From a virus: a stretch of 64,000 bases of DNA. The stretch lies in the IMG/VR virus record IMGVR_UViG_3300033148_006239, positions 41,325 to 105,324 of that record; one strand, 5' to 3'. A program made the position numbers and the translations under genes. Below the pieces are notes generated by a model. The model ran no database searches and had not been told where the DNA came from. It was given only the letters and a program-made list of their open reading frames with translations. How positions within the stretch are numbered: the stretch's first letter is position 1; each line of letters opens with the position of its first letter. This document shows positions 50,224-59,977 of the stretch, piece after piece.

Positions 50224-52047
50224 TCACAGATTTATTATGTTCATTATTTTCTCTTCTGCAGCATTTGAATCATTGTTTTCATCATCTTCCTCATCTTCAT
50301 TGTCGCTATCGTCTTGATCTTGATCAGAATTAGAATTAGGATTTTGTCGATTTGCTGCTTCTTCTAATCCAGGAAAGATAAATGCACCTGCTTTAATTAA
50401 ATCTTTAATAATTACTATTGGTACATCTAACCATTCAGAATCTTCCTTACCAAAAATTTGTTCTAAGTCTTCTAATTCTATATTAAATACTCTTTCAATT
50501 AATGTTCTACCGTCTCTAATTGTTAATCCTGATTGTTGTAATTTAAATATAGCATCAGTCATTGTAACAATACTGTCTTTTGTAGAAGGTTTTGATTCAT
50601 ATACATGATATTTAAACCCTTTTAAAGCAAAAATTATATTATTTACAATGAAATCAAACAAATTTCTAGTTGGTTTAAAAACATTATCTTCAGTAACTTC
50701 TTGAGCAACTTCAGCGGTAGCTCTATTAAAGTCTTGATTTTTTCCAATATGTAAATCAGATATTCTAAAAGATGATTGTACTGCTCTATCGTTCTTTTCA
50801 CCATACTGTATAAAATTTGCTTCTCTTCTTTGACCAAGTTCTTGCAATGTAATTTTAGCTTGTTGTTCTTTAGTTAAACCTGGAATCCTTGTTTGTTGTT
50901 CGGGTATTAATACAAGAGCTTTTCTAGCATTTTCAAGTTTTGCACTCTGTGCAACATATTGCTTGAGATAGTCAATTGAAGCTTTATCTAAAGGAGCATC
51001 TGACATGATCGCAAGATCAGCTTTGCTTCCATTACTGAACCACTTTAGATCACACTCTGATTTAAAAATTGAACCTAATATTGCATACAGTGCACCAATA
51101 TACCTTGGTGCACCATACGGCGAACCGGGGAAGTAATATTTAAAATGTATAATTTCTGTCGCAGGTTTGAAATTCTTTTTTTCTTTTTTAGACATTTCTG
51201 CCCACATTTCTCTTGTAACTACTTCACCCCCCAAAGAATTTATTACTCTTGGATCACCAAATTCTTTAAAAAAAACACTATTTTCACCATTTGAAGAAGC
51301 ACTATTACCTAATTCATCGTCTATTTGAACAAAAAACTTAAATCTTTTAATTGTTTTTCTCTTTATCCATTCGTTTTTATTTTTCTTAAAGATAAATCTA
51401 TCATAAGGTATAAACTGCTTAGACATTGACGCAATTCTCATACTAACAGATTCAAGTAATTGAACTGCATATATTTCACCAAGATTGATACTATAATCAT
51501 CATTTACTTTATATTTGTCTCTAACAATTTCCCAATAAGAATTACCTGTTACCTCAATATTCTTACCATGCTTCTTCTTAAACTCAACATGAGGATCACC
51601 ATCAATATCTAAATATGTTAAAAAGTCATCAATTTCATCTTTTTCTTCTCTAATTAATTTATCAAGAGTCTCATCTTTCATTCTTTCGGACTTTGTAATT
51701 CTTGAAATTAATTTATAATCTTTAGTATAAACACCGTCAACCGTAGCATCGATATTTTGATTTAGAGTCTCAGAAAGAGGTAATAATTGCATTAATACAT
51801 CTGGATCTATAACTGGGCTTATTACATCAACACCCCCTTTTTGTTCAATAAAATCATCGCCTGTCTCATCACCCTGTGGTTGTGTATCTTCAAGACCTTT
51901 TGTAAATCCTTTATTTCTAGTACTTACAATACCCTTAATATACCGATTAAGTCCTTTTTTAGAAATTTCATTCTCTTCAATATCTTCATTAATTTTGTTA
52001 TTTACATTTTCTCTATTAATTTTATTGTTTAAATCTATCCAGTTCAT
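50224..52047 (-). CDS. portal protein (PBSX-like)
   Basis: TGN.YWEI.R, F.EFGDPR, EIIHF......YG.PRY, F.NG, NRATAE. Confidence 0.92.
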   Translation of the reverse strand: MNWIDLNNKINRENVNNKINEDIEENEISKKGLNRYIKGIVSTRNKGFTKGLEDTQPQGDETGDDFIEQKGGVDVISPVIDPDVLMQLLPLSETLNQNIDATVDGVYTKDYKLISRITKSERMKDETLDKLIREEKDEIDDFLTYLDIDGDPHVEFKKKHGKNIEVTGNSYWEIVRDKYKVNDDYSINLGEIYAVQLLESVSMRIASMSKQFIPYDRFIFKKNKNEWIKRKTIKRFKFFVQIDDELGNSASSNGENSVFFKEFGDPRVINSLGGEVVTREMWAEMSKKEKKNFKPATEIIHFKYYFPGSPYGAPRYIGALYAILGSIFKSECDLKWFSNGSKADLAIMSDAPLDKASIDYLKQYVAQSAKLENARKALVLIPEQQTRIPGLTKEQQAKITLQELGQRREANFIQYGEKNDRAVQSSFRISDLHIGKNQDFNRATAEVAQEVTEDNVFKPTRNLFDFIVNNIIFALKGFKYHVYESKPSTKDSIVTMTDAIFKLQQSGLTIRDGRTLIERVFNIELEDLEQIFGKEDSEWLDVPIVIIKDLIKAGAFIFPGLEEAANRQNPNSNSDQDQDDSDNEDEEDDENNDSNAAEEKIMNIINL

Positions 52048-52048
52048 T

Positions 52049-52231
52049 TTATTCCTTTATAATAAATACACTATTTCCTTGTTTTCCTGATTTCATATGA
52101 CTTTTTGATGGATCACCTGATTTAAATCTCTTCCTCTTCTTCAATAGTTCATCTCTTTCTTCGTCTTTAATCTCTTTCAATATTTTCATATTACCCTCCA
52201 ATAAGCTGAACTGAACTTGTTTTACTTTCAT
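52049..52231 (-). CDS. small hypothetical protein
   Basis: Basic ORF between TerL and portal; GGAGG precedes an internal ATG. Confidence 0.45.
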   Translation of the reverse strand: MKVKQVQFSLLEGNMKILKEIKDEERDELLKKRKRFKSGDPSKSHMKSGKQGNSVFIIKE

Positions 52232-53771
52232 TTTTTCTCATTTCATAAGCTCTTAATTCAGCACATATATATCTCAATGAATCAACGGCGTGATCATCAC
52301 ATGAAGGATCAGGAAACTCTGAATTAGCAATAGAATTAGAACCTTCAAGATCTTGACATTCTCTAATTGTATTTGTGCAATGTTCTAAAACAATTAAATT
52401 TGGTATATCTAATCCAGGATTCATCTCTAAAAATTGTCTCACTGAATCATATCCAAATTCTCTATCGTTTATTGCACCAACAAGATTTATAGAATCATCT
52501 CTGTCTTTTATTTCTTTCATATATGTAGGACCAGATGGATCACCAACAACAACATCAAATCTATCATTTCTCCAATTATGCCTGTCTTCTTCTTGTAAAT
52601 ATTCAAATTTACCAAGGAACGATTTAGCGATATCTGATGCCTTTAAATATTTTCTATAAAATTCTCTATATATAACCAATGTTCCTTGTGGAGATAATGC
52701 ACCACCTAAAAATACAGCAGGATCTCTATATCCAAAGTCTAATCCACTAATCTTTAACCAATCACTTGGTATTAATTCAGTCAAAAGATCGTTTAAAGGT
52801 TTATTTGCGTCATATAATATTCCATGAAACTCTGCAAATTTCTCTATTGACCATATATGACAATCTTTAAATTCTAAGAATTGACCCTCAGAGATAGGTG
52901 TCTTACATTCCCATTGATTATCCCATGTCTTCTGATCTAATATTGCAGCTTTTTCAATTAAATCATCGATGCTATAATACCCATCACACCCTTTAGCTCT
53001 TCCTTGACATTTCTCAATCAATGGACATACTTCACATTTTCTACCAACACACTTTTCTAAGACTTCGAAAATTCCCCATTTATAAACTTTAATTCCAAGA
53101 CGTTTTGCTTCTTTATAGACTGTGTTTACTACTCCATTACTTTTCTTTCGTGTAGATAGTAATCTATCTTGTGCTTTATATCTATTATCGGACTTTGTCA
53201 TTGAAAAAGCTTCTTGAAGTAATTCCCAAGACATTAACTCAATCTCATCTGCATTGTTTTTATGAGGATGAGGACCATTATATCCTTCAGGAGATGCAGT
53301 AATAATTCTAATAGATGCACCATTTTTCATTTTTACAAGATACGGAACTCTTCTTGAAAATTCTATTTGCTCATTTATCAGTTTTATCTTTTTAAATTGT
53401 TCTAAATACTTGAACATTAAATTTGCTTGTTCAACAACTGCTCCGCTACTTGTTATTTCTATTTCAGGCTTAAAAAGTAAATCTAAAATATTAACAATTG
53501 ACAAATTTCTTGTTTTACCACCATTTCTATTAGCAATTGCTAAGCACTTAGAATACCTTTGAAAGAATGAATCAGAAACAAAATCAAATGGTACATCGTG
53601 ACCATCTATAATAACTTTATTTGGAACTTTAAAATTTAAAAAGATTCTTATAAAGTCAGCTAAGTCTTCATCAGTAGTTATACCATTAGTAATATAATAC
53701 TGAAATAGATCTTTTCTATTATCTTCAAGTGAAGACAATACTGTATTTGCAGTTGTTTTATCAATTTCCAT
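52191..53771 (-). CDS. terminase large subunit
   Basis: ANRNGGKT Walker A, ADE Walker B, LST motif, GLDFGYRDP and DHAVDSLRY nuclease motifs. Confidence 0.95.
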   Translation of the reverse strand: MEIDKTTANTVLSSLEDNRKDLFQYYITNGITTDEDLADFIRIFLNFKVPNKVIIDGHDVPFDFVSDSFFQRYSKCLAIANRNGGKTRNLSIVNILDLLFKPEIEITSSGAVVEQANLMFKYLEQFKKIKLINEQIEFSRRVPYLVKMKNGASIRIITASPEGYNGPHPHKNNADEIELMSWELLQEAFSMTKSDNRYKAQDRLLSTRKKSNGVVNTVYKEAKRLGIKVYKWGIFEVLEKCVGRKCEVCPLIEKCQGRAKGCDGYYSIDDLIEKAAILDQKTWDNQWECKTPISEGQFLEFKDCHIWSIEKFAEFHGILYDANKPLNDLLTELIPSDWLKISGLDFGYRDPAVFLGGALSPQGTLVIYREFYRKYLKASDIAKSFLGKFEYLQEEDRHNWRNDRFDVVVGDPSGPTYMKEIKDRDDSINLVGAINDREFGYDSVRQFLEMNPGLDIPNLIVLEHCTNTIRECQDLEGSNSIANSEFPDPSCDDHAVDSLRYICAELRAYEMRKNESKTSSVQLIGG

Positions 53772-54268
53772 TATTCTGTTTTAAAAGTTGATTCAAAGTT
53801 TCTAGCCATTGTGTGACCATCATTAAATTTAACTATACCATAAGATTCTGAACTCTTATCAATTAATAATATATATTCATCGTCGGCAGTCAAATTTGAA
53901 AATGTAAATGTAAGTGTCTTATCATTATTTGACCAAGTCAATGCACCGCTAACTGCACCTGAACTAGTACCAGTTAATGAAAAAGCAGCTTCTGTTGTAG
54001 TTGTATCCATTTTATGACTAAAACTGACATATACAAACGTAATCGCAGGATCAATTTTTGTTGCACTATCGTGAGGATTGACATATACAACTTTAGGAAT
54101 TTTCAATCCTCTTTTTAAAACTTCTTCTAATTGTTTTTTTCGACCGTATGCAAAATTCAAATCTAGTTTTTTTAAATCTACATCTTCTTGTTTTCTTTCT
54201 TCTATAAGAGCATCAACTGCTTTGACTGATTTTGCACTCAATACTTTTAATTGAAAAGATAATGCCAT
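53771..54268 (-). CDS. Ig-like (Big_5/SbsA-type) domain protein, paralog A
   Basis: P.V..V.P......I....I.VSFS..MD..T...AFSL...V.G...W....TLTF....L.....Y. Confidence 0.8.
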   Translation of the reverse strand: MALSFQLKVLSAKSVKAVDALIEERKQEDVDLKKLDLNFAYGRKKQLEEVLKRGLKIPKVVYVNPHDSATKIDPAITFVYVSFSHKMDTTTTEAAFSLTGTSSGAVSGALTWSNNDKTLTFTFSNLTADDEYILLIDKSSESYGIVKFNDGHTMARNFESTFKTE

Positions 54269-54307
54269 TTTTAAGTTCCTTGTAACTATTTTATAGCTTA
54301 TTAATCA

Positions 54308-54787
54308 CTATGCTGTTTTAAATGTTGATTCAAAGCTTCTAGCCATTGTATGACCACTTGATGATTCAGCAGTTTCTGCAATAATAAGTGTATATTCATC
54401 GTCGGCAGTCAAATTTGAAAATGTAAATGTAAGTGTTTTATCACTGTTTGACCACGTTAAAGCACCACTGACTGCACCAGAGCTAGCTCCCGTTAATGAA
54501 AAAGCAGCTTCTGCCGTAGTCTGATCCATTATTTGATTAAAACTGACATATATAAATGTAATTGCTGGATCAATTTTTGTTTTATCATCATAAGGATCAA
54601 CATATGCAACTTCAGGTATTAAAAACTTTTTTGTAATTAAATTTACTAATTCTTTTCTTTTATCAAATGCAACATTTAATTGAGTACTTGTATCAAATTC
54701 AGATAATTTTCTAAATTCTAATATAAGTTCATCAAGCTGTTTCACACTTGTAGTAGCAGCAACTGCAATTTCAAAAGCACTAGCCAT
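54308..54787 (-). CDS. Ig-like (Big_5/SbsA-type) domain protein, paralog B
   Basis: Same domain, near-identical to the neighbour. Confidence 0.8.
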   Translation of the reverse strand: MASAFEIAVAATTSVKQLDELILEFRKLSEFDTSTQLNVAFDKRKELVNLITKKFLIPEVAYVDPYDDKTKIDPAITFIYVSFNQIMDQTTAEAAFSLTGASSGAVSGALTWSNSDKTLTFTFSNLTADDEYTLIIAETAESSSGHTMARSFESTFKTA

Positions 54788-54789
54788 TT

Positions 54790-55275
54790 CTAAGCTCCTT
54801 GTAAGCTATTTTGTAAATCTGATTGCATTTCAATAATATTTTTCAATTTTTCTTTTGTTTCGACAGTCAAATTATTAATTTGTAAATTAGTAGTATTATG
54901 TTCGTGTTTTTCTTGAACAACATTTAAACCATTTAATTGCATTTGTAATTCATAAACTTTTAAAATTGTTTTTACAACATTGACTTTATCTAAAGGCCTG
55001 AACGCATCTTTATAATCGTCCCATAATTCTTTTTCACATTTATGTGTTTTAACTAAGAGCTCACTTCTTGCAGTATCTTTTTGTTTCTGATTAGCAAACA
55101 GCGACCATCTATAATAAATTTCATTCATCAATGCTTTAATTTTAGTCGTATTTATACGTAAATTATTAACATCTTTAATAAAATTAGGGTCAACTATACC
55201 TTCAGCCATTGACTCTTCAATTTGGCAAAGAATTTTTAACTTAGCTTTTTTTGTAAGTTTATTATTCTTTTTCAT
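54790..55275 (-). CDS. probable terminase small subunit
   Basis: Helical ~160-aa protein at the head of the packaging operon; likely start MKKNNK. Confidence 0.5.
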   Translation of the reverse strand: MKKNNKLTKKAKLKILCQIEESMAEGIVDPNFIKDVNNLRINTTKIKALMNEIYYRWSLFANQKQKDTARSELLVKTHKCEKELWDDYKDAFRPLDKVNVVKTILKVYELQMQLNGLNVVQEKHEHNTTNLQINNLTVETKEKLKNIIEMQSDLQNSLQGA

Positions 55276-55354
55276 ATTAAAAATATAACAACAAATCACA
55301 AAAAAAGATAAAAATTTGATTATTATTAATTATTAAGGTGTGAAATTAAAACTA

Positions 55355-55651
55355 TTACGGGTTTCTTTTCTTATATTCTTTTAAATTTATTTGAAGAGTA
55401 ATAAATGTTTGTCTTAAATACCATTTAAAATACTTTTCATCTTTCTTATATTCTTTTAAATCATCAGTTAGACTATTGATTATCTCTTTATAACCAACAT
55501 TTTCTTTTATATATTTCTTTGATAGTTTAATAACTTTATCACCGAAATCAGATCTCTTTGATCTTTTTGATATATTTCCAAAATCATTTTTAACTTCTTT
55601 TGATTTTATATTGTATTTATTAAGTATTTTTTCTGCAGATTTAGCTAGCAT
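55355..55651 (-). CDS. hypothetical protein
   Basis: Coupled ORF. Confidence 0.5.
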   Translation of the reverse strand: MLAKSAEKILNKYNIKSKEVKNDFGNISKRSKRSDFGDKVIKLSKKYIKENVGYKEIINSLTDDLKEYKKDEKYFKWYLRQTFITLQINLKEYKKRNP

Positions 55652-55833
55652 TAATTTTTACCTTCCCAGTAATTAATAATATGTAATATTTGTTCAATAT
55701 ATATTTGTTGATGATTCAAGTATTCTAATAATTCCATTGCAGTTATTACTTGTCTAATAGATAAATTAGATTTTAAACATTTTTCTATATCATATCTTTG
55801 ACAATATCTTGTATATGTACTTTTACCTTTCAT
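55651..55833 (-). CDS. hypothetical protein
   Basis: GAGG SD. Confidence 0.5.
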   Translation of the reverse strand: MKGKSTYTRYCQRYDIEKCLKSNLSIRQVITAMELLEYLNHQQIYIEQILHIINYWEGKN

Positions 55834-55844
55834 CTTACCTCGCT

Positions 55845-56021
55845 TTATTTATCTAATAATTTAATTAATTTTTCAATTATATTAAAAAAAATAGGACATT
55901 CAATATTATCTGCTAGTAATTGATTTATACCATCACATTTAACATCAATAATATCATCCGATTGTTCTGAAAAATATTGTACAAAACTAGAAAACACACA
56001 CTTATCACAAACAATATTCAT
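55845..56021 (-). CDS. small Cys-containing protein (58 aa)
   Basis: MNIVCDKC...; AGGAG SD; not in the track. Confidence 0.5.
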   Translation of the reverse strand: MNIVCDKCVFSSFVQYFSEQSDDIIDVKCDGINQLLADNIECPIFFNIIEKLIKLLDK

Positions 56022-56033
56022 TATGCTTTCTCC

Positions 56034-56708
56034 TTATTGATCACAAAATTCTAACATAAAATTTAATTCTTCTATTTCACATTCATCCATTTCAAGACTC
56101 CATTCTTTCTTAATTTCAATCCAAGCCATTGCATACTCACACCAAAAAGACTCATCGTCTGGTTTCCAATTACAAGGATCTCTATAGCCTTTTGATCTAT
56201 TTGCTCCTTTATAGACAGCAAGAAGATGATTAGGATTAACTAAATAATTTGCATATAATTTTTTATTAATTTTTGTCCATTCATGTGCTCCAGATAACCA
56301 AGCTTCTTTTAATGGAACAACATGATCAATATCTAAATCACCAGGATCTGTAAAAAGATCTCCCGTATAAGGGCATTTCCATAAACCAAAATTAATTTTA
56401 CAATTATTAACTGATACAGCTATAATTGTATCACGTTGTAAAACTTCTTGTCTCGTATCCATACAATTATGATCTTCATCTGTCCAATGTCTCCAATTAG
56501 ATCTATTATAACTATTAACAGCGAATATTCTAAGTTGAATTTCAATTTCATTTGCTAGTTCTTCTGCTTCTTTAAATTTTTCTTCTGCTTCGTCAAGTTT
56601 TTCTTCTATAGCGGACAACGACATTTCTTCTACTTGTTCTTGTTTTGTTTGTTTTTGTTCTGTACAATACAACACTAAAAGTATTGATGCTAAAATTATA
56701 AATCTCAT
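56034..56708 (-). CDS. signal-peptide/lipoprotein HNH nuclease (DUF1524-like)
   Basis: MRFIILASILLVLYC signal; Y.R..W.HW.D.D..C.DTR.EVL.RD, LDIDHVVPL..AW.SGA, NRSKG. Confidence 0.85.
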   Translation of the reverse strand: MRFIILASILLVLYCTEQKQTKQEQVEEMSLSAIEEKLDEAEEKFKEAEELANEIEIQLRIFAVNSYNRSNWRHWTDEDHNCMDTRQEVLQRDTIIAVSVNNCKINFGLWKCPYTGDLFTDPGDLDIDHVVPLKEAWLSGAHEWTKINKKLYANYLVNPNHLLAVYKGANRSKGYRDPCNWKPDDESFWCEYAMAWIEIKKEWSLEMDECEIEELNFMLEFCDQ

Positions 56709-56710
56709 AG

Positions 56711-57007
56711 TTATTTCCTTTGTCTGTCAAGTTCACGAAAAATTTCTTGAAGTGCATCTAAAATATGTTTTTTGATTTGTTCTAAAGAGACTTTTGATTT
56801 AAGTTTTTTTATATCATCATCTGTAATATTTTTTCCTATTTCTTTATAAAATGGTATATGTTCTTCTGCAGTACTAATTATAATTTTAAGAATATCTTGT
56901 GGGAAATTATTTTCAAGATACTCAACGATATTTTCCCACAATTTAGTAGATATCTCTGAACCAAATTTATGACCATCATCTGAATAATATTCAACTACTT
57001 TCTTCAT
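56711..57007 (-). CDS. hypothetical protein, paralog of 60435..60707
   Basis: True start MKKVVEY at 57007 (AAGGAG SD); shares DG..F......W..I..Y..N..P..I.KI. Confidence 0.65.
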   Translation of the reverse strand: MKKVVEYYSDDGHKFGSEISTKLWENIVEYLENNFPQDILKIIISTAEEHIPFYKEIGKNITDDDIKKLKSKVSLEQIKKHILDALQEIFRELDRQRK

Positions 57008-57021
57008 ATTAACTCCTTTAA

Positions 57022-57095
57022 TAAAAAGTGGCGGGACCAAACCACTTAGCGTAACTTGTAAAGCTTTGTTTGTAAATCCCACTGGTCCCACACTT
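57022..57095 (-). ncRNA. candidate small RNA or attenuator leader
   Basis: GC-rich; AAGTG-GGGACCA pairs with TGGTCCC-CACTT; ends in a U run; TGTTATATT extended -10 just upstream (57099-57107). Confidence 0.45.
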
Positions 57096-57113
57096 GAAAA
57101 TATAACATATTTA

Positions 57114-57458
57114 TCAAGCCTCATAATCTAATTCTTTTTTAAGTTGTTTAATATTATTCATAATTCCATCTAAATCTTCTTTATTTAAAAAAGCAACAGA
57201 ATCACAAATGCGTGTCTCTAATTCATTGACTAATAATTTTACATCATAAAACATGTTATTATACATTTGCTTTCTCATAATTTTATTCATTATTTCTTCA
57301 TCTTCTTCTTTTTCAAATAAACTATCACTTGCTCTATACCAAAGATTTAATTCAGTTTTCATATGATAGTGTCTTTTTTCTCCGTCAAATCCAGTAAGTG
57401 ATGCATCTGAAAGCTTTAATACTTCTTTGAAATTAAATTTATAATTATCATTGTTCAT
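57114..57458 (-). CDS. hypothetical protein
   Basis: AGGAG SD. Confidence 0.55.
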   Translation of the reverse strand: MNNDNYKFNFKEVLKLSDASLTGFDGEKRHYHMKTELNLWYRASDSLFEKEEDEEIMNKIMRKQMYNNMFYDVKLLVNELETRICDSVAFLNKEDLDGIMNNIKQLKKELDYEA

Positions 57459-57690
57459 TGTAATCTCCTACATATCCTATTTGTTTTAATTTTCCATCTC
57501 TATAATCTCTAACATATAATATCTTAAACATATTGTCAACAAACATCTTACCTAAAGGTTTCGCACAAATAGAACATTTTAATAATAACTGATTTGTTGG
57601 ATCATCGATCATTTTCTTTAATTGACCTTTAATCATATTTTCATCATAATGATTTTTAGTTTCACAATCACAAATTAATGTCAATATCAT
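57448..57690 (-). CDS. small zinc-binding protein
   Basis: CDC...CSIC. Confidence 0.5.
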   Translation of the reverse strand: MILTLICDCETKNHYDENMIKGQLKKMIDDPTNQLLLKCSICAKPLGKMFVDNMFKILYVRDYRDGKLKQIGYVGDYNEQ

Positions 57691-57871
57691 CTAAGTCTTC
57701 TTTTAAATAAGATATGAATTTAATTTCTTCAGAAATAATACATTCATATTCTTTATCACATTTTAGACACTCATTTGTTTTTTTCTCTTTTATTCTTCTA
57801 TAAGAGAATATCCAATCTTTATCTTCGTAATTACAAAATGGACATGTTGGAGTATTTTTAATTATTATCAT
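57668..57871 (-). CDS. small zinc-finger protein
   Basis: CPFC...CLKC. Confidence 0.6.
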   Translation of the reverse strand: MIIIKNTPTCPFCNYEDKDWIFSYRRIKEKKTNECLKCDKEYECIISEEIKFISYLKEDLDDIDINL

Positions 57872-58203
57872 TTATTAATTCGCTCAGATAATTTCTTTTC
57901 TGCTTCTTTATGTTTTTTAATTTCATCGTCTGAAGCATGATGTAAATGATATCCACCTTCATCGCATTTTTTACAACCTCTTATTTTCATACCACCACCA
58001 ATCAAATCTTTTCTTATATCAAGAAACCATTTAAGATTTTCTTCGCCTCTCTTGTTAAGTTCTTGTGTTTCATCAACATCTTTATATCCATCAAAAAATC
58101 CATAACTACTTCCGCAATCGATACAATAATATTCTGCTCCCGAATATATAAACGTTGAAATAAGTGGATTACCGCATGTACAACATCTAATTTGTTTACT
58201 CAT
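57868..58203 (-). CDS. zinc-finger protein
   Basis: CCTCG...CIDCG...CKKC...H..H; AGGAG SD. Confidence 0.65.
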   Translation of the reverse strand: MSKQIRCCTCGNPLISTFIYSGAEYYCIDCGSSYGFFDGYKDVDETQELNKRGEENLKWFLDIRKDLIGGGMKIRGCKKCDEGGYHLHHASDDEIKKHKEAEKKLSERINK

Positions 58204-58219
58204 TATTTAACTCCTTAAA

Positions 58220-58783
58220 TTATTTAAATGAATCATCAAATTCTTCAGATTCTATAAACTTTTCAGTATTTTTTAAAATCTCATCTTTATAATATACTGC
58301 ATTATTCATTTTATTCCATTCTTTAATTGCTTCTTGCTCAGTGCTATGGACTTTGGTTCTTATTCTACATTGATTACATATTATATAAGCAATTTCGCTA
58401 TCTGTAAAATAAACAGATTTATGAACTTCAGGAAAATTACCGCATTTCTGACAACTAATAGGTCTAGGATATTTTAATTTTATTTTTTCTTTTTTATATT
58501 TTAGTACTTCTTTTTTAAATTCTTCAAATTCTAAATCTTTTATTTTTTCTTTATCTTTATGAATTGTATTATTTATAATATACTTTGCGGCATCTAATAT
58601 ATGATAATGACAATTTTCTTCTTCACATAAATTTTTTATATCAGATCCAAATTCAGGAAAATCAGATACACTTTTAATTGATAAAGTTCCATCTTCTTCT
58701 TTTAATCTAAAATGTCCTAATTCAGTTTCTATTTCAAAATTATCTGATACTAAAAATAAACCATCCCCAGTTTTAATTTTCAT
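58220..58783 (-). CDS. protein with a C-terminal Lar-like zinc ribbon
   Basis: PISCQKCG...ICNQC....TEQEAIKEWN. Confidence 0.65.
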   Translation of the reverse strand: MKIKTGDGLFLVSDNFEIETELGHFRLKEEDGTLSIKSVSDFPEFGSDIKNLCEEENCHYHILDAAKYIINNTIHKDKEKIKDLEFEEFKKEVLKYKKEKIKLKYPRPISCQKCGNFPEVHKSVYFTDSEIAYIICNQCRIRTKVHSTEQEAIKEWNKMNNAVYYKDEILKNTEKFIESEEFDDSFK

Positions 58784-58791
58784 TATTTACC

Positions 58792-58995
58792 TCATTTTAA
58801 TAGCTCTTCGTAAAAATTAATTCTTTTCTTAAAAAATCCTTCTACTTGTATAAACGTTTTATAAGGTATACTAATATTTTTGTTAGATTTATATTCTTGT
58901 TTGTATTCAAATAATTCATCTTTTAATATTTTTACAATAAATCTAATTAAATCTTCTTCACTTTTTGATAATGGTTTCGTATATTTCTTTTTCAT
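58792..58995 (-). CDS. hypothetical protein
   Basis: Likely start MKKKYT at 58995, ATGA-coupled to the upstream gene. Confidence 0.5.
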   Translation of the reverse strand: MKKKYTKPLSKSEEDLIRFIVKILKDELFEYKQEYKSNKNISIPYKTFIQVEGFFKKRINFYEELLK

Positions 58996-59147
58996 ATGCT
59001 TCCATAAACTATATGATTTGCACATCCTGGACAATAATCAAGTTCTCCATCATCTTCTGTACATTCATCACAAATCTTTGCACCACACACACAACATTCT
59101 CTTAATTTAGCTTCTGATCCACAATTACTGCATTCACGATCATCCAT
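58992..59147 (-). CDS. small protein with four CxxC motifs (51 aa)
   Basis: MDDRECSNCG...CCVCG..ICDEC...YCPGC; GAGG SD; not in the track. Confidence 0.65.
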   Translation of the reverse strand: MDDRECSNCGSEAKLRECCVCGAKICDECTEDDGELDYCPGCANHIVYGSI

Positions 59148-59433
59148 AATTTACCTCATTAAAAGTTGTAATTATTGTTTCTGTATGCATATAAATCTTT
59201 ACACATGTTATATCAGTTATTGCAATTGCAATTTGTTGTTTTGTCTTCTTACTCCAAATGATATAAATACTGTCAAACTCACTTACTATGCATGATACAA
59301 TATTTATTTCTTCTCTAAAATATTCTTTTATTAGTTTTCTAGCTTCTATATTTCTATTTTCTATTTTTCTAATTTTATGTTCTTTATAAGCCTTTTCAGA
59401 ATCAGATATTCTTTTCTTAAAAAATTTAAACAT
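59140..59433 (-). CDS. hypothetical protein
   Basis: Coupled ORF. Confidence 0.5.
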   Translation of the reverse strand: MFKFFKKRISDSEKAYKEHKIRKIENRNIEARKLIKEYFREEINIVSCIVSEFDSIYIIWSKKTKQQIAIAITDITCVKIYMHTETIITTFNEVNYG

Positions 59434-59648
59434 TATTTCTTTTTTAACCTCGCCACATTTTTTTTATCAATAAATAATAATGATCTATCTGTTGGTTTCC
59501 TTATTCCAGATTCAAACATTAATTCTAAAGAATCATCTTTCTTAATTTCTTTTAAACCTTTCAAATGATATGTATTTATTCCATCAGAAATTGTTAAATC
59601 TTCACTTCTCATCGACAATATTTTAATTAAATCAATAACCGATTTCAT
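59433..59648 (-). CDS. hypothetical protein
   Basis: Coupled ORF. Confidence 0.5.
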   Translation of the reverse strand: MKSVIDLIKILSMRSEDLTISDGINTYHLKGLKEIKKDDSLELMFESGIRKPTDRSLLFIDKKNVARLKKK

Positions 59649-59931
59649 ATTTCTTTATCCTATCACAATTATAAGGTAATCTAAAAATACACCTGTGATA
59701 TAAATCAAATGCATGCTCTTCTAATTCTTTAATCGAACAACCGATATCGTCATGACAATGTATTCCCGCTTCCTTAACTAACTGATTACATTCAGTAGCA
59801 TGTTCTAAAGTGACATTATTGTTTTCTCTTAATTTGATTTGACATAATGTAAATAATCCGATAATAATTATCAACGTCACACAGAATATTAATAAACTTA
59901 TATTTGCATTTATGTTTTTTTTATTTTCCAT
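59632..59931 (-). CDS. membrane-anchored Cys-rich protein
   Basis: N-terminal TM and several Cys. Confidence 0.55.
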   Translation of the reverse strand: MENKKNINANISLLIFCVTLIIIIGLFTLCQIKLRENNNVTLEHATECNQLVKEAGIHCHDDIGCSIKELEEHAFDLYHRCIFRLPYNCDRIKKYEIGY

Positions 59932-59951
59932 AATCTTTCCTCAATAATAAT

Positions 59952-59977
59952 GTAACATCTTTTGATGTTTTTTAACA
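59952..59977 (-). promoter_or_regulatory. TGTTAA-N14-TGTTA motif
   Basis: TGTTAA-N14-TGTTAC directly upstream of the SD of 59931. Confidence 0.6.

Noticed and set aside
8856-53771. Inteins or introns in DnaB, primase or TerL; diversity-generating retroelement
   Set aside because: Protein lengths are normal with no splicing motifs. No reverse transcriptase is seen, and the Ig-gene duplication is not an adenine-specific TR/VR pattern.
57008-57124. N-terminal extension of ORF 56711..57124
   Set aside because: A strong SD precedes the ATG at 57007; the extension overlaps a structured element and a promoter motif.
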